Origin: Candidatus Omnitrophota bacterium
Lineage (GTDB): Bacteria > Omnitrophota > Gorgyraeia > Gorgyraeales > Gorgyraeaceae
DNA: 64,000 nucleotides
Assembly: GCA_043814965.1 (NCBI GenBank)
Contig: JBDRJN010000015.1
Location: 1,503 to 65,502, forward strand
Direction: 5' to 3'
In this document: one piece after another, positions 18,250 to 28,119 of the stretch
Position numbering within the stretch: the first letter of the stretch is position 1
Layout of the letters: the number at the start of each line of letters is the position of its first letter
Translations under genes and position numbers: made by a program
Notes under the pieces: generated by a model
What the model saw: only the letters and a program-made list of their open reading frames with translations
What the model was told of the DNA's origin: nothing
Database searches by the model: none

Positions 18250-21200
18250 ATGAAGAACCTTAAATCCATAAAAAAAACAGTATCCATAGTACTTGTAATT
18301 ACATTTTTCCTTACATCCAGCGCATATTCATACGAGGCAAGGCCAACTATACACCTAAGAAGCAATATCTCATTCGGGCCGGACAATAAAACAGAGTTCT
18401 CACAGCGTTTTGATGGAACCATTATAATGCAGCATTATGGCCTATCTAAGATCTTACCTAAAGTCCAGGCAATGCAGTATATTAATGAAGCCCAAAAGAA
18501 TAACATAGTCAACGTTCTTCTTGGCGATAAAAAGACACTTGTGCCTATTGCTCGGATTAATGCCATTGATTTAATTGATGATGGAGACTTGGTCGTCGGC
18601 CTAAATTATAACAATGAACCAGTCATAGCTATAAGCGACTCTTTGCTTACCCCTGAAAAACTCGGCGAGACAGAGATTGCTCCGACCGGCTTTACTCTTG
18701 AAGGCACTGAACTATTATTTTCAACAACTTTAAAATTCACTGTAAATGAGATAAATGATGCAATAAAGAAATATAACGATGGCGGTGTTTATGATTCATT
18801 TACAAAGACCATACAGAAGACAGAGCTGGTCAAATTAATAGAAGATATGGTGAGTAACAAGGAAGAATATACTCCGGAGGCCCTAAAGGATAAACTCGTT
18901 GAAGGCAATAATAAAACCGAGAGCCTTGCAGCTATCGCAGCAATATACTTACGCGGCGGGATGTTCTCTATGGGGACACCAAATATTCTTGAAAGTAACC
19001 TTGGGTTAGGCCTAGGTTTAGGACTGTCAAAACAAAAGAATAGCAGTGATTTTAATAAATTCGGTCAGTGGTATAAATGGGTATCGTCAGAAGTTGCTAT
19101 GGATGACTTGAATATGGACATGTTCAGGGATTATGATTATAGGTCAGTGGGACCAGTGTTAAAACCTGAAATGGTATTTCGTCTTGGTTTAATGTGGGGC
19201 CAAATGGCGTTACAGAAAGCAAAAGAGGCTGGCATAGAAAATAGAAAAGTACTTATAGCAAGGGATGCCAGGAAAATAGAACCAGAGTTAGTAGAGGCAT
19301 TGGCTGCATCACTGCGGTATGCGGGGCTTGATGTTGTTTATACTGCGGAAGATGGCCCGAATGCAGTAACATCTTATTCCTGGGCCGCTCAGGAGATCAA
19401 GCCTCTGATGAGTATATTTATTACTGCAAGCCATGTATCTATGCCAAAAGACCAGATCGTAAGGGGTTTTAAAGTAGCTATGTTGAATGAAGAAGGCGGC
19501 AATCTGGTCAGTTTAACTTCCAAAGAAATAAAGAACCAATCAAAAGATGCTGTTAAAGACCTGATAGAAAATCCTGAAAAGATAAAAGATTTAGAATCTC
19601 AAAAGAAAGGAAGTTTTATTGCTGCTAATGTCGATGAAAATTGCATAAGGATGTGTTCACTTGTGGGCGAAGTTGCTAGTAGTGGAGGCTCTCTCTATGA
19701 TCTGGCAAGAGAGTTAGAATCCTCTGATTCACCGGAAGATGTTATTACAAAGTGGGAAAATAAAGTCGGGCACACAGAGCCTTTAAAAGGCATGAAAGTA
19801 GTTGTGGAGGGTTCCCATACGCCGAGCGGAAACCTAGCAGCTAATACATTCAAGCAATTAGGAGCAGATGTGGTCTTGATAAACGGAGATATCCTAGAGG
19901 TAGAGGGCGAACATAATGCTGACCCATCCAAAGATAAAAATTTAACGCAGTTGAAGCAAACAATAGATACTGAAGGCGCTGATTTTGGTATAGCATTTGA
20001 TCTTGACGGCGATAGAGGTGCTATTGTTGTGCCTAAAAGATCCGAAGATGATTCTGGTATCAGTTTCGAGACTCTTGCTCCTGACAGGCTTATAGTTTCT
20101 TTGTTGCCATATTATATGGAAAAATTAGGATATGATCCTACAGTTACAGGTAAAAAAGTAGGTGTTATACGCGATGTATTAGGGACGTTCGGCGTAGATG
20201 ACCAGGCAGAGGCTTTGGGGATAGAGGCATTCCAGACAGACGCTGGCTATGTATTCTTGAAAGCAAAGAGAGCTGATCTATTACAGCAGGGCTATGGGAT
20301 ACCTATATATGGCGAACTTTCAGGCCACACCTGGCAGGATGTCACAGGGGAATTTGAGAATCCTGTGGCTGTTGCAGCTGTATTTAGCGTAATGGTAAAG
20401 GATAAAAAATATAAAGAAGATAATACCACCACATCCTTAAATCCTTTCTACGAAGCATTTACCGAAAGCACTATACCTTATAAACAGGCATCCAGGTCTC
20501 AGCCGCTCTTTGCCGGGGAATTTTTGTCAGAACTTTCGTCAATGCCGGCTAATAATACAGGATGGGCTTATAATCCTGATAATCCTACAAAACCTCCGCA
20601 ATTAATAATTGCCTTGGGAAAAGACGAAGGGATCAAGAGATTGCAGAAAGAGTTTACCGTAGGTAAATCTTATAATACACCGGCAGGGGAGTTGATTGTA
20701 AAGGAATTTAATACATATCAGGATGCAGTAGATGAAGGAGGGCTTTATAGATTTGCTGATATTGTATTTGAGCAGGATGGCAATGTCGCAGGCAGGTTTA
20801 TATTCAGGGCTTCTTCAAATGACCCGACATTTGTGTGTTCTTTCGAGACCCCGGTATGGGTAAATGAAAATACTGATTCAAAGACAGTAAACGACAGGTA
20901 TATTTCAATCGGAGGGATTGTTTTTGATTGGCTGGAGCAGAATAAGATCGCCAGGGTGACAGGAGATGTTGATTATGCCAATAAAGAATCCACGGAAAAG
21001 GTTGTTCTGGTTTATAGAGGTGCTAAAAATACAGAAACAGCAGCTGATGTAGCTGTAATTAGCAGTTCTGAAGATGCGAATATTCCAGAAGAAGAAACAA
21101 CTTTAATGCAGAATTTTGGCTTAGATGCTATACTAAGGCCAGAAACTGCAAGAGACCTTCTTACACCTTTATTAAGTAAAGATAACCCTACGATAAAGAT

Positions 21201-23220
21201 GTATACAACAAAGGATGATTTTAAAGAAGTATCTTTTGACGATACGATCCTGTCTTTTATAGAAGATAAAAATCTTATATTAGGAAGAAAAGGCGATGAA
21301 TTAGTAGTGGCTTATTCTACGCCTATTTCTAGATCAAGACGTGATTTCCTGAAAGGCTTAGGTGCTATGGCTATCGGGACAAGTCTATTGGGTTTTCTAG
21401 CATCATGCGAAGAACCTACTAAGCCAAAGGATCCTGTGATCCCGGATGAAGGAGAGCTTAATACTCATCCATATGAATTTATGAGAAAAGGGCTTTCTCT
21501 AAGTGAAGTATCTAAAAAAGCAGCGGATTGGATCCTGGGGCAAAAGTCCCCAGTTAGCTGGGTAATAAGCTATGGCTCTACGCCAGAACATGCGAGCGAT
21601 AATATAGCCTGGAGCTTTGACCAGGGAACGACAATGACTGTATTTTCACAAATGGATGGAGAATATTTAGCACTTGCAAAAATAATCGCTGATAAAATGG
21701 TTGCAGAGCAGGATACAAACGATGATACATGGTATGATGGATATATGGGTAACTATGTCCCAGAAAAGGGCAATAAGTTAGTAGGAAATATAGTTAGCGT
21801 AGGAAGAGGCCTTGTAGAAAAATATCTTGTAGAAACAAGTGAAACTAAATATATTGAAAGCGCTAAAAAAGCAGGAGATTCAATACTTTTAAGATACTGG
21901 AATACGCTAGGTAGCGATAAAGGGTTTTTTAGAGGCGGCCTTGAAAATGGCGTAGATGTTTCCTGGGCATCCACAGAGCATAATTCAAGAGCAGCTATAT
22001 TCTATTATAGATTGTGGGTAGCTACAGGAGATGATAAATACAAGGACGTGGCTTTAAAAATAGCTAATTGGCTAAAAAGTGAGATGTGGGCAGGAGATCA
22101 TTTCCATGTAGGATATGATCATGGTACTAATATAAATCTGTACTACAATCAAGATGCAGATGCACAAGTTACGCCAATTTTACTTTTCAACATGCTTAAG
22201 GAAGATGGAATAGTGGGGGATGAATTCGATCCAAATAAGTTCAATACACTTAAATATCTCGATGACAATTATAGGCATAAGATCACTTTTATTGGTACAG
22301 ATGGTTTGAAAAGGACAGTAGACCTATATGGAAAGGTTAAAGGCATCGTTCACGTATGGCCTGAAGTAAGTGATAATATTGCAGCTGTATGCCAGGCTTG
22401 GGGCAATACTATAAGAAAAGACGAGACATTAACTGACATAGCAAAGCTACAGTATGTTGATGGCGGCATACCTTATTTATTAGGTAAAGACGGAGTCCCG
22501 TATGGATGGACTGACCAGGGCCCTGGAAGTTTTCCTCATCCTTCAATAGCTTCAAGTATATCTTTTATAGCCGCAAAAGACCTTGGCCCATATTGGTTCC
22601 CTGTTATAAAAAGAAGTACAGATACTGATATTGGTACTAAGTTTGAGGATAGTGCGATCGAGGATATCGCAGTAGCAGGAACAGGTGTTGCGGCTACTTT
22701 AGTAACAGGACTTACAGGATCAGAAGTTAGTATTGAAGACATCTTAAACATAGAAGATAAAGTAGAGATCAAATTGGACGGAGAAACAGTAGAAGATATT
22801 GAATATTTAAAGCTTATGAATAAAGCAAGCTGGTTGGGTAGCACTGGTACCAAGAGCAGTGACGGAGTATATCATATCAACCTGCTTAAAGACAAGATAG
22901 ACCCTGTTGTCTTTAGCGGGGAGTATGTAGAAGATGAGCCGTATGAGTTTTTGCAACGTTCTAGAGAAGAACTCAACAAAAATAAAACCCCTGTTATTTT
23001 AGTGACAAGCGATGTACAGGAAAAAAGGCTTAAAAATGATATAAGGTTTAGAGCAATGCTTGACCATGAGGAATTATTTATAGTAAGGGCAGAGCCTGAA
23101 AGGGTGGAGTCTCTTATCGCTCTAGGCACAGACGGCATATCTTTTGATGTTAGCCAGATCAGTGTTACTAAACTGATAGAGAATAAAGACATAATCATGT
23201 CTTATCTGCACCAGAAGTAA
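18250..23220 (+). CDS. Large secreted multidomain protein: signal peptide, phosphohexomutase (PGM/PMM) domain, internal Tat/lipobox segment, putative (alpha/alpha)-barrel glycosidase-like domain
   Basis: N-terminal K-rich/hydrophobic/AYS signal; ITASH, FDLDGDR, GELSGH, RASS mutase motifs; SRRDFLK...LASC at aa ~1029-1053; Trp/Tyr-rich helical repeats after it. Confidence 0.8.
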   Translation: MKNLKSIKKTVSIVLVITFFLTSSAYSYEARPTIHLRSNISFGPDNKTEFSQRFDGTIIMQHYGLSKILPKVQAMQYINEAQKNNIVNVLLGDKKTLVPIARINAIDLIDDGDLVVGLNYNNEPVIAISDSLLTPEKLGETEIAPTGFTLEGTELLFSTTLKFTVNEINDAIKKYNDGGVYDSFTKTIQKTELVKLIEDMVSNKEEYTPEALKDKLVEGNNKTESLAAIAAIYLRGGMFSMGTPNILESNLGLGLGLGLSKQKNSSDFNKFGQWYKWVSSEVAMDDLNMDMFRDYDYRSVGPVLKPEMVFRLGLMWGQMALQKAKEAGIENRKVLIARDARKIEPELVEALAASLRYAGLDVVYTAEDGPNAVTSYSWAAQEIKPLMSIFITASHVSMPKDQIVRGFKVAMLNEEGGNLVSLTSKEIKNQSKDAVKDLIENPEKIKDLESQKKGSFIAANVDENCIRMCSLVGEVASSGGSLYDLARELESSDSPEDVITKWENKVGHTEPLKGMKVVVEGSHTPSGNLAANTFKQLGADVVLINGDILEVEGEHNADPSKDKNLTQLKQTIDTEGADFGIAFDLDGDRGAIVVPKRSEDDSGISFETLAPDRLIVSLLPYYMEKLGYDPTVTGKKVGVIRDVLGTFGVDDQAEALGIEAFQTDAGYVFLKAKRADLLQQGYGIPIYGELSGHTWQDVTGEFENPVAVAAVFSVMVKDKKYKEDNTTTSLNPFYEAFTESTIPYKQASRSQPLFAGEFLSELSSMPANNTGWAYNPDNPTKPPQLIIALGKDEGIKRLQKEFTVGKSYNTPAGELIVKEFNTYQDAVDEGGLYRFADIVFEQDGNVAGRFIFRASSNDPTFVCSFETPVWVNENTDSKTVNDRYISIGGIVFDWLEQNKIARVTGDVDYANKESTEKVVLVYRGAKNTETAADVAVISSSEDANIPEEETTLMQNFGLDAILRPETARDLLTPLLSKDNPTIKMYTTKDDFKEVSFDDTILSFIEDKNLILGRKGDELVVAYSTPISRSRRDFLKGLGAMAIGTSLLGFLASCEEPTKPKDPVIPDEGELNTHPYEFMRKGLSLSEVSKKAADWILGQKSPVSWVISYGSTPEHASDNIAWSFDQGTTMTVFSQMDGEYLALAKIIADKMVAEQDTNDDTWYDGYMGNYVPEKGNKLVGNIVSVGRGLVEKYLVETSETKYIESAKKAGDSILLRYWNTLGSDKGFFRGGLENGVDVSWASTEHNSRAAIFYYRLWVATGDDKYKDVALKIANWLKSEMWAGDHFHVGYDHGTNINLYYNQDADAQVTPILLFNMLKEDGIVGDEFDPNKFNTLKYLDDNYRHKITFIGTDGLKRTVDLYGKVKGIVHVWPEVSDNIAAVCQAWGNTIRKDETLTDIAKLQYVDGGIPYLLGKDGVPYGWTDQGPGSFPHPSIASSISFIAAKDLGPYWFPVIKRSTDTDIGTKFEDSAIEDIAVAGTGVAATLVTGLTGSEVSIEDILNIEDKVEIKLDGETVEDIEYLKLMNKASWLGSTGTKSSDGVYHINLLKDKIDPVVFSGEYVEDEPYEFLQRSREELNKNKTPVILVTSDVQEKRLKNDIRFRAMLDHEELFIVRAEPERVESLIALGTDGISFDVSQISVTKLIENKDIIMSYLHQK

Positions 23221-23241
23221 TAACAATAAGAATGTTTTAAT

Positions 23242-23281
23242 AAAAGGCTAAGCTTATAAAAAGGCTTAGCCTTTTTATTTT
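23242..23281 (+). terminator. Intrinsic terminator
   Basis: aaaaggctaagctt/aggcttagcctttt stem followed by a T-rich tract. Confidence 0.8.
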
Positions 23282-23286
23282 CTAAA

Positions 23287-23318
23287 ACAGTAGGACACAT
23301 CTAAATATGCCCTACTGT
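23287..23318. repeat. Degenerate GTAG REP upstream of the RAYT gene
   Basis: acagtaggacacatctaaatatgccctactgt. Confidence 0.7.
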
Positions 23319-23414
23319 AATTCTATGTAAATAAATTAGTTATGTAAATTGGTTATATTTTTTTCTAACTCGTTGAAAGAAAATGCATATTTTAATTGTC
23401 TTATATAGTAGGGG

Positions 23415-23903
23415 GTGATAGTTATGGGAGATATAAGACGATACAAAGAAGATGGATATATTTATTTTATAACAACTAATACATACTCTAATAAAGGAAT
23501 ATTTTTAAAAGAAAAGCCGAGTTTATTCCTAAAATCTATTATTTCTTATTATAGGTTTGTATTTAGATTCAAACTGTATACATATTGTATTATGCCAGAT
23601 CACATACATATGCTTATACAGCCTCTTACTAAACAATACGACATATCAACTATAATGAAAGAGATCAAGGGTACGTTTGCAAGAGAATATAATATTATGA
23701 TACGTAAGAGAGGAGATATTTGGCAGAGGAAGTTCTACGATTCTATAATAAGAGATGAAGAGAGCTTGCTTATTAGAATTAATTATACTTTTGAAAATCC
23801 AGTAAGGAAAGGAATAGTCAATAAAGCCACGGAATATAAATTTTCGAGTGCTAGGTCATATATTTTAGGAGAGGAAGATTATGTTACTGATAGATATAAT
23901 TAA
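23415..23903 (+). mobile_element. REP-associated tyrosine transposase (RAYT, Y1 HUH family)
   Basis: YFITTNT, YCIMPDHIH (HUH), WQRKFYDSIIR, YTFENPV, YKFSSA; flanked by GTAG...CTAC palindromes. Confidence 0.88.
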
Positions 23904-23943
23904 CCAATTGACCGAACATTATATATTTGTTATAGTTATATAC

Positions 23944-23966
23944 GAACACATCTAGATATGACCTAC
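23944..23966. repeat. Degenerate REP downstream of the RAYT gene
   Basis: gaacacatctagatatgacctac, nearly the same core as 23290-23315. Confidence 0.6.
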
Positions 23967-23978
23967 TTAGGAGGGGAG

Positions 23979-26048
23979 ATGAAAGATTTGTCTGTATCAG
24001 CGCAATTTATTAAAGGCGTAGGGCCTTTAAGGATAAAGCTTTTAAGGCGCCTTGGCATAGAGACCGTAGAGAACCTATTGTATTTTCTTCCCCGTAGATA
24101 CGAAGATAGAAGCAATATTAAAAGCATAAAAGATCTTACGCCTGGTAGTTTTGAGACAATGAAAGTAAAGGTCCTTACTTTTGGCGACAGGACTTCAAAA
24201 AAAGGCATGAATATATTTAAACTCGCGCTGGGGGATGCTACAGGAGTTATCCACGCTGTGTGGTTCAATCAGCCTTTCATGAAAGATAAGTTCAAGGCAG
24301 GTGATGAGCTTATTATATACGGAAAGGTCGAGAAGAATATCTACTTACAGGTAAATAATCCTGAATACGAAGTCATTTCCGGCACAAAAGACGATTCTAT
24401 ACACATAGGCCGCATTGTCCCTATATATCCCTTGACTGAAAACTTGAACCAGCACTGGATAAGGAGCATATTGCATAATGCAGTCACTAACCATGTGAAT
24501 GACATAAAAGAGATGCTTCCATATGAGATAAGACAGAAAAACAATTTGATATTGCTTAAAGAGGCAGTAAGGAATATCCATTTTCCAGTAAGCGAGGTTG
24601 TGTTGGAAAAAGCAAAATATAGGCTTATCTTTGATGAGTTCTTGTTGCTGCAGTTAGGCATAACCCTAAAAAAGGCAAGGGTCAAGCTGGACCTCGATGG
24701 CATCTCCCATAATAAAGAAGGAGATATGCTGGATAGGTTTAGAAAATCTTTGCCATTTATATATACAAACTCTCAGGAAAGGGTTTCAGGAGAGATAAGA
24801 GATGACATGAAAAGCCCCAAGCCTATGAACAGGCTTCTCCAGGGCGATGTCGGCAGCGGAAAGACAATAGTTGCTATAGAGTCATTGGTCCGAACTGTCC
24901 AAAATGGTTTTCAGGGCGCTATTATGGTACCCACTGAAATACTTGCTTATCAGCATTATAAGAACATCAAGAGCCTTTTAAAGGATTTTGATATAGATGT
25001 AGTTTTATTGTCAGGAGACTTGAAACAAAGTGAAGCAAGAAGGCGTAAGCACATGATAGAGGTGGGAGAGGCAGATATAGTGGTCGGGACCCACTCACTC
25101 ATACAGGAAGGAGTCAGGTTTAAAAAACTTTCTCTTATAGTGATAGATGAACAGCATAAGTTTGGCGTGATGCAAAGAGCATTTCTAAAATCAAAATCAA
25201 ATAATCCAGACATATTGGTAATGACAGCCACTCCTATACCGAGAAGCCTTGCATTGACCATATATGGAGACCTTGATATATCAGTTATAGACGAGCTTCC
25301 GCCTGGAAGGCGCGAGATAAAGACATTGTATTTTGAGGGAAAAAATAGGACCAAGTCTTACGATATCGCAGAAGAACAAGTGAAGATAGGCAGGCAAGTG
25401 TATATAGTGTACCCTGTAATAGAAGAAAAATCCTCGAGCGATCTCAGGGCTGCAAAAAAGATGTACAAGGAATTATCAGATAATTTTAAGGATCTTAAGG
25501 TAGGGCTTATACACGGAAAGATGAAATCATCCGAAAAAGAATCTATAATGAAAGATTTCAAGGAAAAAAATATTGATATATTGGTCTCGACAGTTGTGGT
25601 AGAAGTAGGCCTCGATATCCCTAATGCAACAGTGATGATAATAGAACATGCTGAGAGGTTTGGCCTGAGTCAACTTCATCAGCTGCGCGGAAGGATAGGA
25701 AGGGATAAATATATATCTTACTGCATATTAATAGGAAACCCCAAGACAGATGAGGCAAGAAAAAGATTGGAGGCAATGCTTAGTACGCAGGATGGTTTTA
25801 AGATAGCTGAATATGACCTTGATATCAGGGGGCCTGGGGAATTTTTTGGTACTAGACAACATGGCCTTCCAGAGATTAAAATAGGGAATATAATAAGGGA
25901 TAGGCTGATATTGGAAGACGCGAGAAAAGAGGCTATTGGTTTGATACAAAAGGACAGGTTTTTACGAATGGGCCAAAACAGGCTTTTAAAAGAGTCCTTA
26001 GAAAAAAAGTTTGGCGTGGACAATCTGGAATTAGTCAACGTAGGATAA
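23979..26048 (+). CDS. recG: ATP-dependent DNA helicase RecG
   Basis: RLLQGDVGSGKT, DEQHKFG, MTATPIPRSL, QLHQLRGRIGR; start placed at ATG 23979 after SD AGGAGG. Confidence 0.97.
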   Translation: MKDLSVSAQFIKGVGPLRIKLLRRLGIETVENLLYFLPRRYEDRSNIKSIKDLTPGSFETMKVKVLTFGDRTSKKGMNIFKLALGDATGVIHAVWFNQPFMKDKFKAGDELIIYGKVEKNIYLQVNNPEYEVISGTKDDSIHIGRIVPIYPLTENLNQHWIRSILHNAVTNHVNDIKEMLPYEIRQKNNLILLKEAVRNIHFPVSEVVLEKAKYRLIFDEFLLLQLGITLKKARVKLDLDGISHNKEGDMLDRFRKSLPFIYTNSQERVSGEIRDDMKSPKPMNRLLQGDVGSGKTIVAIESLVRTVQNGFQGAIMVPTEILAYQHYKNIKSLLKDFDIDVVLLSGDLKQSEARRRKHMIEVGEADIVVGTHSLIQEGVRFKKLSLIVIDEQHKFGVMQRAFLKSKSNNPDILVMTATPIPRSLALTIYGDLDISVIDELPPGRREIKTLYFEGKNRTKSYDIAEEQVKIGRQVYIVYPVIEEKSSSDLRAAKKMYKELSDNFKDLKVGLIHGKMKSSEKESIMKDFKEKNIDILVSTVVVEVGLDIPNATVMIIEHAERFGLSQLHQLRGRIGRDKYISYCILIGNPKTDEARKRLEAMLSTQDGFKIAEYDLDIRGPGEFFGTRQHGLPEIKIGNIIRDRLILEDARKEAIGLIQKDRFLRMGQNRLLKESLEKKFGVDNLELVNVG

Positions 26049-26052
26049 TAAT

Positions 26053-26601
26053 ATGAAGATCATCAGCGGAAATCTTAAAGGTAGAACCATAGACATGCCT
26101 AAAGGCATAAGGCCCACATCTGACAAAGTAAGAGAGGCGCTTTTTGAGATATTAAAGCAGCGCATAGAAGGAGCTTCTTTTTTAGACCTCTACTGCGGAA
26201 GCGGGGCTATTGGCATAGAGGCATTATCGAGAGGCGCCAAAGCAGTGAGTTTTGTCGATACTAATATCAGTTCTATAAAGATACTTAGGAAAAACTTGGC
26301 TAGGGTAGGCATATCGGGTCTATCTAGCATTTATATATATAAAAATAATAGTATAAAGGCTATAAGAGAATTCTATAAGGATAAAAAGAAATTTGATATA
26401 GTCTTTCTTGATCCGCCATATTATCATGAGATCGCTAAAAATACCTTGATAGAGCTTTCTAACTATGATATACTGACCCGCAATGCCGTAATAGTGGCAG
26501 AGGTATTCAAGAAAGAAGACCTGCCGGATGAGATTAGAAGTATCACTAAATTCAAGACATCGTTATACGGCGATACTAAATTGGAGTTTTTTAAACCATG
26601 A
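26053..26601 (+). CDS. rsmD: 16S rRNA m2G966 methyltransferase
   Basis: RPTSDKVREALF, LDLYCGSG, EALSRGA, FLDPPY. Confidence 0.95.
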   Translation: MKIISGNLKGRTIDMPKGIRPTSDKVREALFEILKQRIEGASFLDLYCGSGAIGIEALSRGAKAVSFVDTNISSIKILRKNLARVGISGLSSIYIYKNNSIKAIREFYKDKKKFDIVFLDPPYYHEIAKNTLIELSNYDILTRNAVIVAEVFKKEDLPDEIRSITKFKTSLYGDTKLEFFKP

Positions 26602-27080
26602 AAAACATAGCTATATATCCAGGCAGTTTTGACCCAGTGACTTATGGCCATATAGATATTGTCAAGAGGGCCCTCAAGATATTTGACAAGGTCATAGTGG
26701 CAGTCGCGCATAATACAGAAAAAAAGCCGCTTTTTAGTGTCAAAGAAAGGGTCCAGATGCTTAAAGAGACCCTCTCAGGCGTCAAGAATATCGAGATAGA
26801 TGATTTTGACGTACTGGTAGTGGACTATATCAAGAAGAAAAAAGCGCGTGTTGTGATAAGGGGCTTGAGGATGATATCTGATTTTGAGTATGAGTTTCAG
26901 ATGGCATTGACCAATAGAAAATTAAGGAATGATGTCGAGACGATATTTATGATGCCGTCAGAGGCATATTCATATCTATCAAGCAAGCTCATAAAAGAAG
27001 TCGCATCTCTAGGCGCAGGCCTAAAGGGCTTTGTGCCAAAGTCCGTAGAGAAGAAGCTCAAGGCTAAGCTTAGAAAATAG
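26598..27080 (+). CDS. coaD: Phosphopantetheine adenylyltransferase
   Basis: YPGSFDPVTYGH, RGLR..SDFEYE. Confidence 0.97.
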   Translation: MKNIAIYPGSFDPVTYGHIDIVKRALKIFDKVIVAVAHNTEKKPLFSVKERVQMLKETLSGVKNIEIDDFDVLVVDYIKKKKARVVIRGLRMISDFEYEFQMALTNRKLRNDVETIFMMPSEAYSYLSSKLIKEVASLGAGLKGFVPKSVEKKLKAKLRK

Positions 27081-27093
27081 AGGGACTAAAAAA

Positions 27094-28119
27094 ATGGAAT
27101 TCCTGGACAATCTGTACAAAAAGGCAAAGGAAGGGAAAAAGAAGATAATATTTCCCGAGGGAGAGGAAATACGCGTATTGGAGGCCATAGAAGAGATCGT
27201 AGAAAAAGATATTGCTAGGCCTGTATTGATAGGCAATCCAAAAAAGATATTAAGCCTGTCAAAAAACCTTTCCATGGACCTGGCTTCCATAGATATCATA
27301 GACATAGCCAATCTTAAAGACCTTGATAAATACATAGAACTATATTGTGAAATACGCAAGCATAAATCAATAAAAAAAGAAGAAGCCAGAAAGATCATTA
27401 CGCAGAATCCTGTTTTTTATGCAGCGCTTGCTGTAAGAAGGGGTGACGTAGATGGATTTGTAGCAGGCTCATCTACTACTACTAGAGACGTAGCAAAGGC
27501 AGCTATATACTGTATAGGCCCCTCAGAAGATACGCCTACTATCTCGAGCTCTACTATATTGATATTGCCTGATAAGACATTGGGTTCTAATGGAGTATTT
27601 ATATATGCAGATGCAGGCATAATACCAGATCCTACAAGTGAACAATTAATGGATATCGCAATAGCTAGCGTAAAGATGGCAAGGCTTGTTTTGGATGACG
27701 AGCCAAAAGTAGCAATGCTCAGTTATTCTACCAAAGGGAGCGGCGGGTCAGGAGATAGTATAAAAAAGGTCCAGGAAGCGACAAGACTTATCATCGAAAA
27801 ATGCCCAGATCTACTCATAGATGGCGAGATACAGATAGATTGCGCAGTTGTCCCTGAAGTAGCCAAGAGAAAAGATCCCTCTAGCAAGATCAAGGGCCGT
27901 GCAAATATCTTTATATTTCCTAATCTCGATGCAGGGAATATATCGTACAAACTGACAGAACGTCTCGGCAAGGCTTATGCTATAGGGCCTATACTCCAAG
28001 GCCTCAATAAACCAGCCAGTGATCTATCGAGAGGTTGTAATTCAAAAGATATTGTAAATGCATGCACAGTCGTAGCGCTTATGGCACAAGATGCCACACA
28101 CCTAGCTAATAGACCATGA
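27094..28119 (+). CDS. pta: Phosphate acetyltransferase
   Basis: FPEG, AMLSYSTKGS, DGEIQ, FPNLDAGNISYK, DLSRG. Confidence 0.95.
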   Translation: MEFLDNLYKKAKEGKKKIIFPEGEEIRVLEAIEEIVEKDIARPVLIGNPKKILSLSKNLSMDLASIDIIDIANLKDLDKYIELYCEIRKHKSIKKEEARKIITQNPVFYAALAVRRGDVDGFVAGSSTTTRDVAKAAIYCIGPSEDTPTISSSTILILPDKTLGSNGVFIYADAGIIPDPTSEQLMDIAIASVKMARLVLDDEPKVAMLSYSTKGSGGSGDSIKKVQEATRLIIEKCPDLLIDGEIQIDCAVVPEVAKRKDPSSKIKGRANIFIFPNLDAGNISYKLTERLGKAYAIGPILQGLNKPASDLSRGCNSKDIVNACTVVALMAQDATHLANRP

